This document shows, piece by piece, positions 36,109-44,939 of a DNA stretch of 64,000 bases. The notes below the pieces were generated by a model that saw only the letters and a program-made list of their open reading frames with translations, was not told the origin of the DNA and did no database searches. Made by a program: the position numbers and the translations under genes. Positions within the stretch are counted from its first letter, which is position 1. Each line of letters opens with the position of its first letter. Source of the DNA: Anaerolineales bacterium (GTDB taxonomy: Bacteria > Chloroflexota > Anaerolineae > Anaerolineales > RBG-16-64-43); contig JAFGKK010000068.1 of the NCBI GenBank assembly GCA_016928575.1, positions 26,319-90,318 of the forward strand, given 5' to 3'.

Positions 36109-37022
36109 CCGCTTCGGTCCGGCGCGCCAAGATCCGGATTCCCGCCACCTCGGCCAACCTCGGCCCCGGATTTGACTGCATGGCGCTCGCACTGGATTTA
36201 TGGAACGAGGTGACCATCGCAAACTCCGCGGGAGGGGTGCGTGTGTCGGTGAAGGGCGAGGGGGCCGGTTTGCTTCCCCAAGACCGCGGCAACCGGGTGG
36301 CGCTGGCCGCGTTGCAGGTCTTTGAACAAGCGGGATGGCCGGAGGCGGAATTCAGCGTCGACTGCTTGAACCGGATTCCGGTGGCCTCGGGGATGGGATC
36401 CAGCGCGGCGGCAGCCGTGGGCGGGCTGATGGCCGCCAACACCGCACTCGGCCTCCCATACTCGCGCCAGAACCTGATCCGGCTATGCCTGGCTCTGGAA
36501 GCCCATGCCGACAATGCCGCAGCCGCATTTGCTGGAGGGTTGGTCGTATTAGGGATTGAGGAGAGCGGGGTTCTCTGGCGCCGCTATGAACTGCCGCCGA
36601 TGCGGGTATGCGTGGTCGTCCCGGAAAAGCGGGTTCCCACGTCCGATTCGCGGTCCTTCCTTCCCGAAACGGTGGCTCATCGCGACGCCGCGTTCAACCT
36701 CGGCCGGGCGCTGCTTACGGCGGAAGCCCTGCGCAGTGCGGATTACCGCCTGTTGGCGGCGGCGATGCAGGACCGGCTTCACCAACCCTACCGGTTGGCC
36801 CGCCTGCCCGGCATCGCCGACATCCTGCAAGCGGCCACGCAGGCCGGCGCAGCGGCGGCGCTATCGGGTGCCGGCCCCGGGGTGATTGCGTTTGCGGAAT
36901 GCGGCCAAACGGAGATCCTGAATGCCATGCTGGCGGCCGCACGGGAGCGGAAGCTGGACGCCCGCGGGTTCCTCCTGAACGTCAGCAACGCCGGCGCTGA
37001 TGAAATCGAAACTAGGGACTGA
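36105..37022 (+). CDS. thrB: Homoserine kinase
   Basis: GHMP kinase motifs are PATSANLGPGFD and GMGSSAAAAV. The ATGA overlaps the thrC stop. Confidence 0.9.
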   Translation: MTASVRRAKIRIPATSANLGPGFDCMALALDLWNEVTIANSAGGVRVSVKGEGAGLLPQDRGNRVALAALQVFEQAGWPEAEFSVDCLNRIPVASGMGSSAAAAVGGLMAANTALGLPYSRQNLIRLCLALEAHADNAAAAFAGGLVVLGIEESGVLWRRYELPPMRVCVVVPEKRVPTSDSRSFLPETVAHRDAAFNLGRALLTAEALRSADYRLLAAAMQDRLHQPYRLARLPGIADILQAATQAGAAAALSGAGPGVIAFAECGQTEILNAMLAAARERKLDARGFLLNVSNAGADEIETRD

Positions 37023-37103
37023 CGACTTCTTTCCTGCGAACACGCCGGCACCGGTCCAAGACAGGAAAAAGCCGGGCTTCCGGCTTTTGGAGATGGGCAT
37101 GTT

Positions 37104-38336
37104 ATGAGAACCGTAATTGTGTTGGGAGACGGGATGTCGGACTACCCCGTCTCGGCGCTCGGCGGGAAAACCCCATTGCAGGCCGCGAAAAAACCGCACA
37201 TCGACCGCATCGCCCGGGAGGGGCGGATGGGGCTTTTTCAGACCATCCCTGACGGGTTCCCCAAAGGCTCCGAAGTGGCCAATTTGAGCGTGCTCGGCTA
37301 CGATCCCGCCAAAACCTACAACGGGCGGGCGGTGATTGAGGCCGCCAACATGGGGGTGGCCCTCGGCGGCGACGACGTGGCATTCCGATTGAATCTCATC
37401 TGCATGGAAAACGGTCTGATCAAGAACCACTCCGCCGGGCACATCACCACCGCGGAGGCAAGATCGATCTTGTGTTCCCTCCAGGAGGCGTTGGGCGAGG
37501 ACACTGGGGACATTCCGGTGGATCTTCATCCCGGGGTCGGATACCGGCACCTGATGGTCCTGCGGGGCGCCGGCGCGTCCCCCAAGCTGAGGTGCGCCCC
37601 GCCGCATGATCATGTCGGGGAACGAGCCGCGAACCTACTGCCCAAGGCCGAAACCGCCGAGGCGCAGGCTACGGAAAAAATGGTGCGCTCGCTGATGGTG
37701 CGGGCGGAGAAAATCCTCAAGGATCATCCCGTTAACTGCCGGCGCGTCGCCATCGGCAAGGATCCCGCGAATGCGGTTTGGCCCTGGTCGCCGGGCCGCA
37801 AGCCGTCGATGGAAACTCTCCAAACGCGATTCGGAATCCGCGGCGCCGTCATTTCGGCGGTCGATCTGATCATGGGCCTGGGTCTTTATGCCGGCATGGA
37901 CGTGATCCGAGTGGAAGGGGCGACCGGCCTGTGGGACACCAATTACGAAGGCAAGGCGGCGGCCTGCCTTCAAACCCTTCGGGATCACGACCTGGTGTAT
38001 GTGCATGTGGAAGCCACGGATGAAGCAGGCCATGCCAAGGATCCGGGATTGAAGATCAAATGCATCGAAATGCTGGACGACCGGCTGGTTCGACCGATCT
38101 TGGAGGGCGTGGAAAAGACCGGGATCGAGGCTACCCTCGCGGTGCTGGCGGATCATCCGACCCCGGTGGCCACAGGCATCCACGCCGCGGATCCCGTGCC
38201 GGTCGCCATCCGGCGCCCCGGAGTGCCCCCGGACGGCACAACCGCTTACGATGAGGAGCAAGCGAAGAACGGAATCCTGCCATTCATGCGCGGGGATGAT
38301 TTTATCCGCATTGCATTAGGGATGGATCAACCGTAA
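37104..38336 (+). CDS. Cofactor-independent phosphoglycerate mutase homologue (archaeal ApgM-type; family also proposed as an alternative homoserine kinase)
   Basis: The N-terminus is VLGDGMSDYP. An alkaline-phosphatase-superfamily metal site (HVEATDEAGH ... LADHPTP) is present. The gene sits directly after thrC-thrB. Confidence 0.8.
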   Translation: MRTVIVLGDGMSDYPVSALGGKTPLQAAKKPHIDRIAREGRMGLFQTIPDGFPKGSEVANLSVLGYDPAKTYNGRAVIEAANMGVALGGDDVAFRLNLICMENGLIKNHSAGHITTAEARSILCSLQEALGEDTGDIPVDLHPGVGYRHLMVLRGAGASPKLRCAPPHDHVGERAANLLPKAETAEAQATEKMVRSLMVRAEKILKDHPVNCRRVAIGKDPANAVWPWSPGRKPSMETLQTRFGIRGAVISAVDLIMGLGLYAGMDVIRVEGATGLWDTNYEGKAAACLQTLRDHDLVYVHVEATDEAGHAKDPGLKIKCIEMLDDRLVRPILEGVEKTGIEATLAVLADHPTPVATGIHAADPVPVAIRRPGVPPDGTTAYDEEQAKNGILPFMRGDDFIRIALGMDQP

Positions 38337-38509
38337 ACGACGCCCCGATCCGCAAACCCATGCGCTCGGATCCTGTGCCCAACCCCGGCAAGTCCCGGAT
38401 TCCACAAGGGACCGGTCCGGAAACGCCGTCTGCAAACCAAACCAGAAGGGCCCCTCTCCTGGAAGAGTCCCCGCCATCATTTCCTCATTCCATAGCGCTT
38501 GGCTTTTGC

Positions 38510-38550
38510 GCCTTCCGCGGCATCCGCCTCCGGCGGATGCCGCGGAAGGC
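38510..38550. repeat. Perfect 19-bp inverted repeat with a 3-nt loop in a convergent intergenic gap (probable bidirectional terminator or protein-binding palindrome)
   Basis: The sequence is GCCTTCCGCGGCATCCGCC tcc GGCGGATGCCGCGGAAGGC. A second 10-bp hairpin, AGACGGATGC/GCATCCGTCT, lies at 38609-38641. Confidence 0.7.
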
Positions 38551-38691
38551 ATGCAGGAACACGCCCGGATGCAGGACAAGGAACAAGAACATGCGGACGG
38601 TGAGAGAAAGACGGATGCCGGCCGACAGCCTGCATCCGTCTGTTATGAACCGTTGCTTTTTGGCCGGGTGCGGGAAACGCCGAAGCGGATG

Positions 38692-39864
38692 CTACCCCGC
38701 CGGCGTCGAGGCGGTTAGGCCGGTTCCGCCCCAGCCGAATACGCGACGCTCGCTCACGGCGCCGGCCGAGGCGTACACCGGATTCCCGGCGTCGGTGGTT
38801 CCCGTTTTACGAACCACGGTCACCCGCCACTCGAAAATATGCACCGTTCCGTCGGTCGGTTTGAAATCCGCCGGAACAATCAACCGGGTTTCCTTCACGT
38901 AGAACATGCTCTTCTCGCTTTCGGCGAGCGAGATATCCCGGATCGACACCTGGTATTCCTCGCTTTCACGCAGGGCGGCGACTTCCGCCCATTGCAGCGC
39001 GATTTCATTATCCGACATCCCGAAGATCGTCCCGTCCCGCGGCGTAAGCAGGTTGGGCGCCGGATAGGGCGGAGGCGTGGTCGGGGTAGGACTCGGCCCG
39101 GCGGTGGGTTCGCGTTCGCACACCGGAATCTTGAGTTTCATGCCGACGAAAACCACGTCGTTGGCGAAGGAATACTGCGGATTCCACCGCTTGATGGATT
39201 CGATGGACACGTCGTACATATCGGCGATCCCGGCCAGCGTATCGCCGTCTTTCACTTCATAGGGGATGAACTCGCAGGCGGCGTAGGTTTGGGTCACCGC
39301 GTTCGCCGTTTCCGTCGAAGCCGGAGGCGGAGTAGGCGTGGGCTGAGGAATATACAGCGTGGCTCCAATGACCAAAAGGTCGCAGTTAACGGATTTCCCG
39401 CCCTCCTGTTTGATCTGGTTGGGATCGGTGATCCCGTATTCCGACATGTACAAAGAGCACGTGTCTCCCGCCTGAACGGTGATCACGATCGGCGGCAGCG
39501 GGGTGAAAGTGAGCGTCGGCGCCGGAGTGCCGCTCGGCTGGAGGGTGAGCGTGATGGTCGGGGTGACCGGCGGTGCGGTGGCGATGGCCACGGGTCCGGC
39601 GATCAAGCCGCCCTTTACCAGGGCGACCATGATCAGAGCGCCGAGGATAAGCGCGATGACGGGCGCGGCAACCGCCGCGCCGACCGGGATATTGATGCTG
39701 CCCGATTGGCCGGACATCCGCGCCGGGGCTTTCAAAGCCTTTCCGGAACCGGCCGCAAAAACCATTCCGCAAACGGCGCAACGGGAGGCGGTGTCCGCGA
39801 TCCGCGTGCCGCAAGCAGGGCATATTCGACTGGGTACGGAAGGTCGAGGACTGGTGTTCGTCAT
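38692..39864 (-). CDS. Membrane-anchored LysM-domain protein with an N-terminal zinc ribbon
   Basis: A CPACG...CAVCG ribbon and one TM helix are followed by a Pro/Thr linker. There are two LysM-like segments (VQAGDTCSLYMSEYGI; VKDGDTLAGIADMYDVSIESIKRWNP). Confidence 0.8.
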   Translation of the reverse strand: MTNTSPRPSVPSRICPACGTRIADTASRCAVCGMVFAAGSGKALKAPARMSGQSGSINIPVGAAVAAPVIALILGALIMVALVKGGLIAGPVAIATAPPVTPTITLTLQPSGTPAPTLTFTPLPPIVITVQAGDTCSLYMSEYGITDPNQIKQEGGKSVNCDLLVIGATLYIPQPTPTPPPASTETANAVTQTYAACEFIPYEVKDGDTLAGIADMYDVSIESIKRWNPQYSFANDVVFVGMKLKIPVCEREPTAGPSPTPTTPPPYPAPNLLTPRDGTIFGMSDNEIALQWAEVAALRESEEYQVSIRDISLAESEKSMFYVKETRLIVPADFKPTDGTVHIFEWRVTVVRKTGTTDAGNPVYASAGAVSERRVFGWGGTGLTASTPAG

Positions 39865-40046
39865 TTTCTCTCCGTTTGGCGTACGGACATTATACCAAAG
39901 GGGAATCCTCCTATTTCCAGGACGATTCGTCTTGACTCATTCATTCCAACGGTGTTCCACAAGGGGTTTTCGCGCATCCCGGCCGGAGACGTCTTCCGGC
40001 CGATGGCTTGAATCCGCCTTCCCCGATACGGAGTAACCTTATCTGG

Positions 40047-41081
40047 TCAAGAGAGTTCTGGGGCGGCGGGGTGGGGAGCATTCTTCGACAATGACGTCAA
40101 TTCCGAAGCGAGATCGGAGATCTGACCTTCGATCTTTTCATCCTTCCCCCAAAGCTGCCGTTGTTTTTCCTTGAACGCCAACTCCGCGCAGACCGTGTGC
40201 AGACGGGCGATGAGCCGGTAGCGCCGGAAATCGAAGCGGCAAATCGCCTCCCATTCCGAAAGCAACCGGGTCCGCATCGAAACCGCCGCTTCCCACTGGT
40301 GGGGACGGATGATTCCGCTGTCTACATACGGACGCAAATACTTGCGGATGGTACCCCGCTCACGGATCAAGGAGCCGAACGACAGCAGGGCGATCGCCAC
40401 CGCGCCGATCCCATACACCAGCAGGCTGGCGGGCAGGGCGATCAGTAAGGAAGGGATCCGGGCTGAGAGGGTAATGGCGAAATTGTGCAGGCCGTGAAAG
40501 AGGGCGGCCGTCAGGTATCCTCCCGCCGCCCATGCCACAGCCCTTCCCGGGGACCGCGCATATTTGGCAAACGCCAGCCCCAAGCCGGAGAACGATGTGA
40601 ACACCGCATGCATGGACCCGAACACCATGGCGCGCAGGAAAAAGAACAGGACCAATTCCTCCATGGTTTGGCTGGATAGAAAAATGATCAGGTTTTCGGT
40701 GGCGGCGAAGCCGAACCCGACCATTGCCCCGTAAATGATCCCGTCCAGCGGACCGTCGACTTCCCTTTGGGCAAGCCCGAAGATACCCAGCAGGCCGAGC
40801 AGCTTCACGCCCTCCTCGACGAGCGGCGCGACAAGGCCGAGGTTGAAAAGAGTCAATCCGGCGGGGGCGTCGGTTCCCGCATACCCGGAAACCAAGGCCA
40901 GGATCAACTCCGCGACAATGGAGAGGATCGCCGCCGGCGCCACGCCCCACAGGAACGAGAGCAGAAGCAGGTGGGCCGGTTCCTTTTCATACCGGTCGAA
41001 CCACCAAACCAGCATCGCCCAACAAACCATGGGCAGAATGCCGGCGAAGATCGACATGACCAACAGCAGCAAAAGGTTCAC
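40047..41081 (-). CDS. prsW: PrsW-family intramembrane metalloprotease
   Basis: It is a multi-TM protein with the motifs VEEGVKLLG, FAATENL and HAVFTSFSG, plus a cytoplasmic C-terminal tail. Confidence 0.75.
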   Translation of the reverse strand: MNLLLLLVMSIFAGILPMVCWAMLVWWFDRYEKEPAHLLLLSFLWGVAPAAILSIVAELILALVSGYAGTDAPAGLTLFNLGLVAPLVEEGVKLLGLLGIFGLAQREVDGPLDGIIYGAMVGFGFAATENLIIFLSSQTMEELVLFFFLRAMVFGSMHAVFTSFSGLGLAFAKYARSPGRAVAWAAGGYLTAALFHGLHNFAITLSARIPSLLIALPASLLVYGIGAVAIALLSFGSLIRERGTIRKYLRPYVDSGIIRPHQWEAAVSMRTRLLSEWEAICRFDFRRYRLIARLHTVCAELAFKEKQRQLWGKDEKIEGQISDLASELTSLSKNAPHPAAPELS

Positions 41082-41100
41082 GGAGATCCTGCCCCGAACG

Positions 41101-41754
41101 CTAGAGGTACGATTTTAAATTATGGGAAACCGCGTAGGCCGCGGCTTCGGTCCGGTTGGCCACGTTCAGTTTTGAGAGGATTGATGAGACGTAATTGCGG
41201 ACGGTCCCTTCGCCGAGGAAAAGCGCCTGGGAAATTTCGCGGTTGGTTTTCCCTTCCGCCACCAGCTGAAGGACGTGCATTTCCTGCTGGGTTAATCCGG
41301 AGAAGGTGGAAGCCTCCTCATCCTGCGCCATCTTGCGCATCTCTGCGAACACCCGTTTGGTGACGGCGGGATCCAGAAGGGCCTCGCCGCGGCCCACGCG
41401 TTCAATGGCCTGCACGAGTTCCCCCCCCCCGATCTGCTTGAGAAGATATCCGGAGGCGCCGGCGCGGATGGCGGAAAACAGCATCTCATCCTCCGCATAC
41501 GATGTCAGCATGATCACTTTAATTTCCGGGTTCATCTGGAGGATGTCTTGGCAGGCTTCGATCCCGGACATTCCCGGAAGGCGGATGTCCATCAGCACGA
41601 CGTCCGGTTTGAGGGCCAGCGCCTTCTCGACGGCTTCGGCCGCGGAGCCGGCCTCGGCAATCACTTCGAATCCCTGATGGTGCTCCAGCAGGGATTTCAA
41701 CCCCAGCCGGACCACCTCGTGGTCATCCACCAACATTATTCTTTGAGTGCTCAT
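41101..41754 (-). CDS. Response regulator, NarL/LuxR family, with no adjacent kinase
   Basis: ATG at 41754 gives MSTQRIMLVDDHEVVRLG. The receiver Asp lies in VVLMDIRLPGMSG. The C-terminal LuxR HTH reads LTQQEMHVLQLVAEGKTNREI. The gene ends 19 nt upstream of prsW. Confidence 0.85.
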   Translation of the reverse strand: MSTQRIMLVDDHEVVRLGLKSLLEHHQGFEVIAEAGSAAEAVEKALALKPDVVLMDIRLPGMSGIEACQDILQMNPEIKVIMLTSYAEDEMLFSAIRAGASGYLLKQIGGGELVQAIERVGRGEALLDPAVTKRVFAEMRKMAQDEEASTFSGLTQQEMHVLQLVAEGKTNREISQALFLGEGTVRNYVSSILSKLNVANRTEAAAYAVSHNLKSYL

Positions 41755-41891
41755 GCCGATCGACCGGGCCCGGGCGCCGTCCGGCGCAGGACGGGATGAA
41801 TTCTTGCGGTAAGGATAATTCAATGCCGATTGATTGACAAGCCCAAACCGGTCTGTTACACTCCGGCACGATCCTCTTTCGGAATGTTTCC

Positions 41892-43043
41892 ATGCGCTTC
41901 GACCGCAAAGCACTGGAAGACATCGAAGACCGAACCCTCGCTCCGTACGCTTCCCGCAGCAAACACTCGCGCGGAAGGGTTTATCCCGAGGCGGAACCCG
42001 GATACCGGACCTGCTACCAGCGGGACCGCGACCGGATCCTGCATACCACCGCCTTCCGCAGGCTGGAGCATAAGACCCAGGTTTTCGTATCCTACGAAGG
42101 GGATTATTACCGCACCCGGCTGACCCACACGCTGGAAGTCGCGCAAATCGGACGCTCGCTGGCCCGCGCATTGGGCGTTAACGAGGATCTGGTGGAGGCG
42201 ATCTGCCTGGCGCACGACCTGGGTCATCCGCCGTTCGGGCATTCGGGGGAAGCGGTGCTCTCACGGCTGATGGAAGCGCACGGCGGCTTCGATCATAACC
42301 GGCAATCCATGCGGATTGTGACCGTCCTGGAGCGTCGCTACCCCGGGTTCCCGGGATTGAACCTGACCTGGGAGACCCGCGAAGGGATCGTCAAGCACGA
42401 GACGGCGTTCGACATCCCCGATGTGTCCGAGTACGCGCCGCAGGAACGCGCCAGCGTGGAAGCGCAGATCGCCAATGCCGCGGACGAATGCGCCTACACC
42501 TCGCACGACCTGGACGACGGCCTCCGGTCCGGGATGCTTGCGCCGGAGGACCTTGCAGATCTGGCGATTTGGAAAACCCTGCGCCAGGAATCGCTGCCGG
42601 GGTCTGACCCGCGCGACGACCTTGTCCGCCATCGGATGATCCGCGCCTTTATCGGCCTTGCCGTGCAGGACCTGATAGACACCGCCGACGCTCAATTGAC
42701 GGAATTCGGCGTCAAGCGCAACGCGGATGTGAGGAGCGCTCCGGAAAGCGTCGTGCGTCCGTCGGACGCTTTTCTTCCGCCCCTGGAAGCCCTGCGCCAA
42801 CGGCTTTTCGAGAGGATGTACCGCCACCACCGGGTGATGCGCATGGCGCTGAAAGCGGAAAAATTCCTGTCCGAACTGTTTTCGATGTACGTCGCCAACC
42901 CAAAGATCCTGCCCCCGGCTGTGCTGAGCCGGACCGAGGAAGAGGATCCGCACCGGGTTGTGTGCGATTACATCGCCGGTATGACCGATCGCTTCGCCCT
43001 GGAAGAATACCAAAAACTCAACGACCCCCACGCAAAGCCCTGA
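41892..43043 (+). CDS. dgt: dGTP triphosphohydrolase-like HD-domain protein
   Basis: The motifs RTRLTHTLEVAQIGRSLA and AHDLGHPPFGH are present, followed by a C-terminal helical domain. Confidence 0.85.
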   Translation: MRFDRKALEDIEDRTLAPYASRSKHSRGRVYPEAEPGYRTCYQRDRDRILHTTAFRRLEHKTQVFVSYEGDYYRTRLTHTLEVAQIGRSLARALGVNEDLVEAICLAHDLGHPPFGHSGEAVLSRLMEAHGGFDHNRQSMRIVTVLERRYPGFPGLNLTWETREGIVKHETAFDIPDVSEYAPQERASVEAQIANAADECAYTSHDLDDGLRSGMLAPEDLADLAIWKTLRQESLPGSDPRDDLVRHRMIRAFIGLAVQDLIDTADAQLTEFGVKRNADVRSAPESVVRPSDAFLPPLEALRQRLFERMYRHHRVMRMALKAEKFLSELFSMYVANPKILPPAVLSRTEEEDPHRVVCDYIAGMTDRFALEEYQKLNDPHAKP

Positions 43044-43077
43044 GGGAAAAACCGGACCGGGAGAAAAAAAGAAAATC

Positions 43078-43542
43078 ATGGAACGGAAGATCCTGACGCC
43101 CGAGGGGGCCCGAAAAATCAAGGAAGAGTTGGCGCAGCTTCGAGGGCCGGCGCGGTCTGCGCTGGCAAATCGCCTGCGGGCCGCCATCCAGCAGGGCGAT
43201 TTGTCGGAAAACGCAGACTATACCTCGGCCAAAGAGGAACAGGGCTTTCTGGAAGGGCGGATTTTGGAATTAGAAACGCTGATAAAAACAGCCGAGATTG
43301 TCGATCCGGCATTCACGTCCCGCAACGTGGTGTCGCTCGGATGCCGCGTGCATGTTTCGGATGAGGAAAACGAATCCGATGTGTTTCAAATTGTGGGAAG
43401 CACGGAGGGGGATTCCCGGGCGGGAAAGATCTCCCATGAATCGCCGATCGGAAAAGCGCTGCTCGGACACAAAGCCGGCGACACCGTGACGGTCGCCACG
43501 CCGGGCGGTTCGCGTTTTTTCCGGATAACGAAAATCGAGTGA
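43078..43542 (+). CDS. greA: Transcription elongation factor GreA
   Basis: The coiled-coil N-terminus carries the GDLSENADY acidic tip. The C-terminal domain reads ISHESPIGKALLGHKAGD. Confidence 0.9.
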   Translation: MERKILTPEGARKIKEELAQLRGPARSALANRLRAAIQQGDLSENADYTSAKEEQGFLEGRILELETLIKTAEIVDPAFTSRNVVSLGCRVHVSDEENESDVFQIVGSTEGDSRAGKISHESPIGKALLGHKAGDTVTVATPGGSRFFRITKIE

Positions 43543-43755
43543 GATAGATCATCGGCCGAATCATCGCCTTCCGGTGGCGTCGTCATTCCTGCGTTTTTTT
43601 ATGGGAATCCGCGGGTTGGGAGGCGTCGATGCCCGACAGATCCGCCCCGCTGCGCAGGGCAGGCGCGGACATGACACCATGGTAAGCCTTTTAAGATTTT
43701 CAACGGATTAACAAGATATTATTTGAGGACGGCAGTTTTTTTTTCAACCTTCCAG

Positions 43756-43784
43756 AAAAACCGCATGGTATGCCGTGCGGTTTT
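43756..43784 (-). terminator. Rho-independent terminator immediately after the 43785..44855 gene
   Basis: A stem ACCGCATGG/CCGTGCGGT (one wobble) is flanked by A and T runs. It is usable on both strands. Confidence 0.6.
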
Positions 43785-44855
43785 TTATTTTTCCTTCGCC
43801 CAAACTTCCAATTGCAATGTCACCCGTTCAAAATAGGAATTCTGAGGGAGGGAGCCGGCCCCGTAGACCAATTCGCGGATCAGCACCCGCAGTTGCAAGC
43901 CGGGGGTTTCCATCCAAAAATCCGCTCCGGGGAGGGCCAAGACGGGCAGTCCGCGGGGCGCCAGCGTGGAGCGGACATCTTCTTTCTCAAACGAATACTG
44001 ACTCATCAAGACGGAGGTTGAGGTTCGGCTCGGCTTGCGGTCGAACAACCAGACCTCCAAAGCAGTGACTTTTTTGGGTTCTCCCACGCCGATCGGCTCG
44101 GAGATCCCCACGCCGCATTCGCCCAGAAAATCCCCGCTTGGTGAATTAATCGTGAAGCTGTCTTCGTACAGGTCGTCGCCCAACGCATAGGTGGTCACAA
44201 AGCGCTCCAGGGGTTCCGTCCCCTCGCCGCTTTCCGTTTCTTCCTCCGCCGGAGGCGGACTGGGGGCGCTTTGCAGCTCCTCCTCGGCTTCCAGGGAAAG
44301 TTCCTCCGGAACGGAAGACACATTCAACGACGGAGCGGGGGCGGCGCGGTGCCTGCGAATGTTCACCGCCAACACCAGAGCAATCGCGCCCCCGATTATT
44401 ACTCCCAGAAGAGCCAGAAGGCCGAAGGCGCCCTGAAGTCCGCCGGTGGATGCCGCCGGGACGGGTTCGCCTGCATCGGCCGCTCCGGAAACATAGAGGT
44501 TGGCGATCAAGACCTCGAATTGATTCAGCCTCTCGGGATCCGTTAGGTTGTCGCCGCGCAGCTGCGCCAGCACATCCAGCTTGTTTTCGCCCAAAGCCTC
44601 GAATCGGCTGCGGGCCAGGACTGCATCCCCGTTTACGCCGTAGGAATCGACCGCCATCCGCAAGTAGTCCAGCTGGATATCCGAGCGGAGCATCTCGGGG
44701 GTGGTGTCGACGTACTCGACCGGCCACACAATCCAGCCCAAGACGATCAATCCGAACAGCGTTCCCAACAGAAAACTCGCCCCGTTAAGGAACATCGGGG
44801 AGCGGAGAAGATTTTCCAGGTTGCCGCGCCAAGGAATCCGGCTTGTCATAGCCAC
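43785..44855 (-). CDS. Hypothetical two-TM membrane protein with an acidic linker
   Basis: TM1 is ASFLLGTLFGLIVLGWIVW and TM2 is AFGLLALLGVIIGGAIALVLAV. An acidic tract (EELSLEAEEELQ...EEETESGEG) and a C-terminal soluble domain follow. No recognisable motif. Confidence 0.6.
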   Translation of the reverse strand: MAMTSRIPWRGNLENLLRSPMFLNGASFLLGTLFGLIVLGWIVWPVEYVDTTPEMLRSDIQLDYLRMAVDSYGVNGDAVLARSRFEALGENKLDVLAQLRGDNLTDPERLNQFEVLIANLYVSGAADAGEPVPAASTGGLQGAFGLLALLGVIIGGAIALVLAVNIRRHRAAPAPSLNVSSVPEELSLEAEEELQSAPSPPPAEEETESGEGTEPLERFVTTYALGDDLYEDSFTINSPSGDFLGECGVGISEPIGVGEPKKVTALEVWLFDRKPSRTSTSVLMSQYSFEKEDVRSTLAPRGLPVLALPGADFWMETPGLQLRVLIRELVYGAGSLPQNSYFERVTLQLEVWAKEK

Positions 44856-44939
44856 CTTATCCCGATTGTATCTTCAGAAGGCTCCGCCTGGCAATTCCAT
44901 CCTTCTTCGTCGCCCGGGCCTTCGCCTCCCCGCCGAAAC

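Noticed and set aside
41892-43043. dGTPase as an anti-phage defence gene
   Set aside because: dGTPase-type defence genes exist. This one sits between housekeeping genes (a response regulator and greA) with no island signatures, so a housekeeping dgt is the simpler call.
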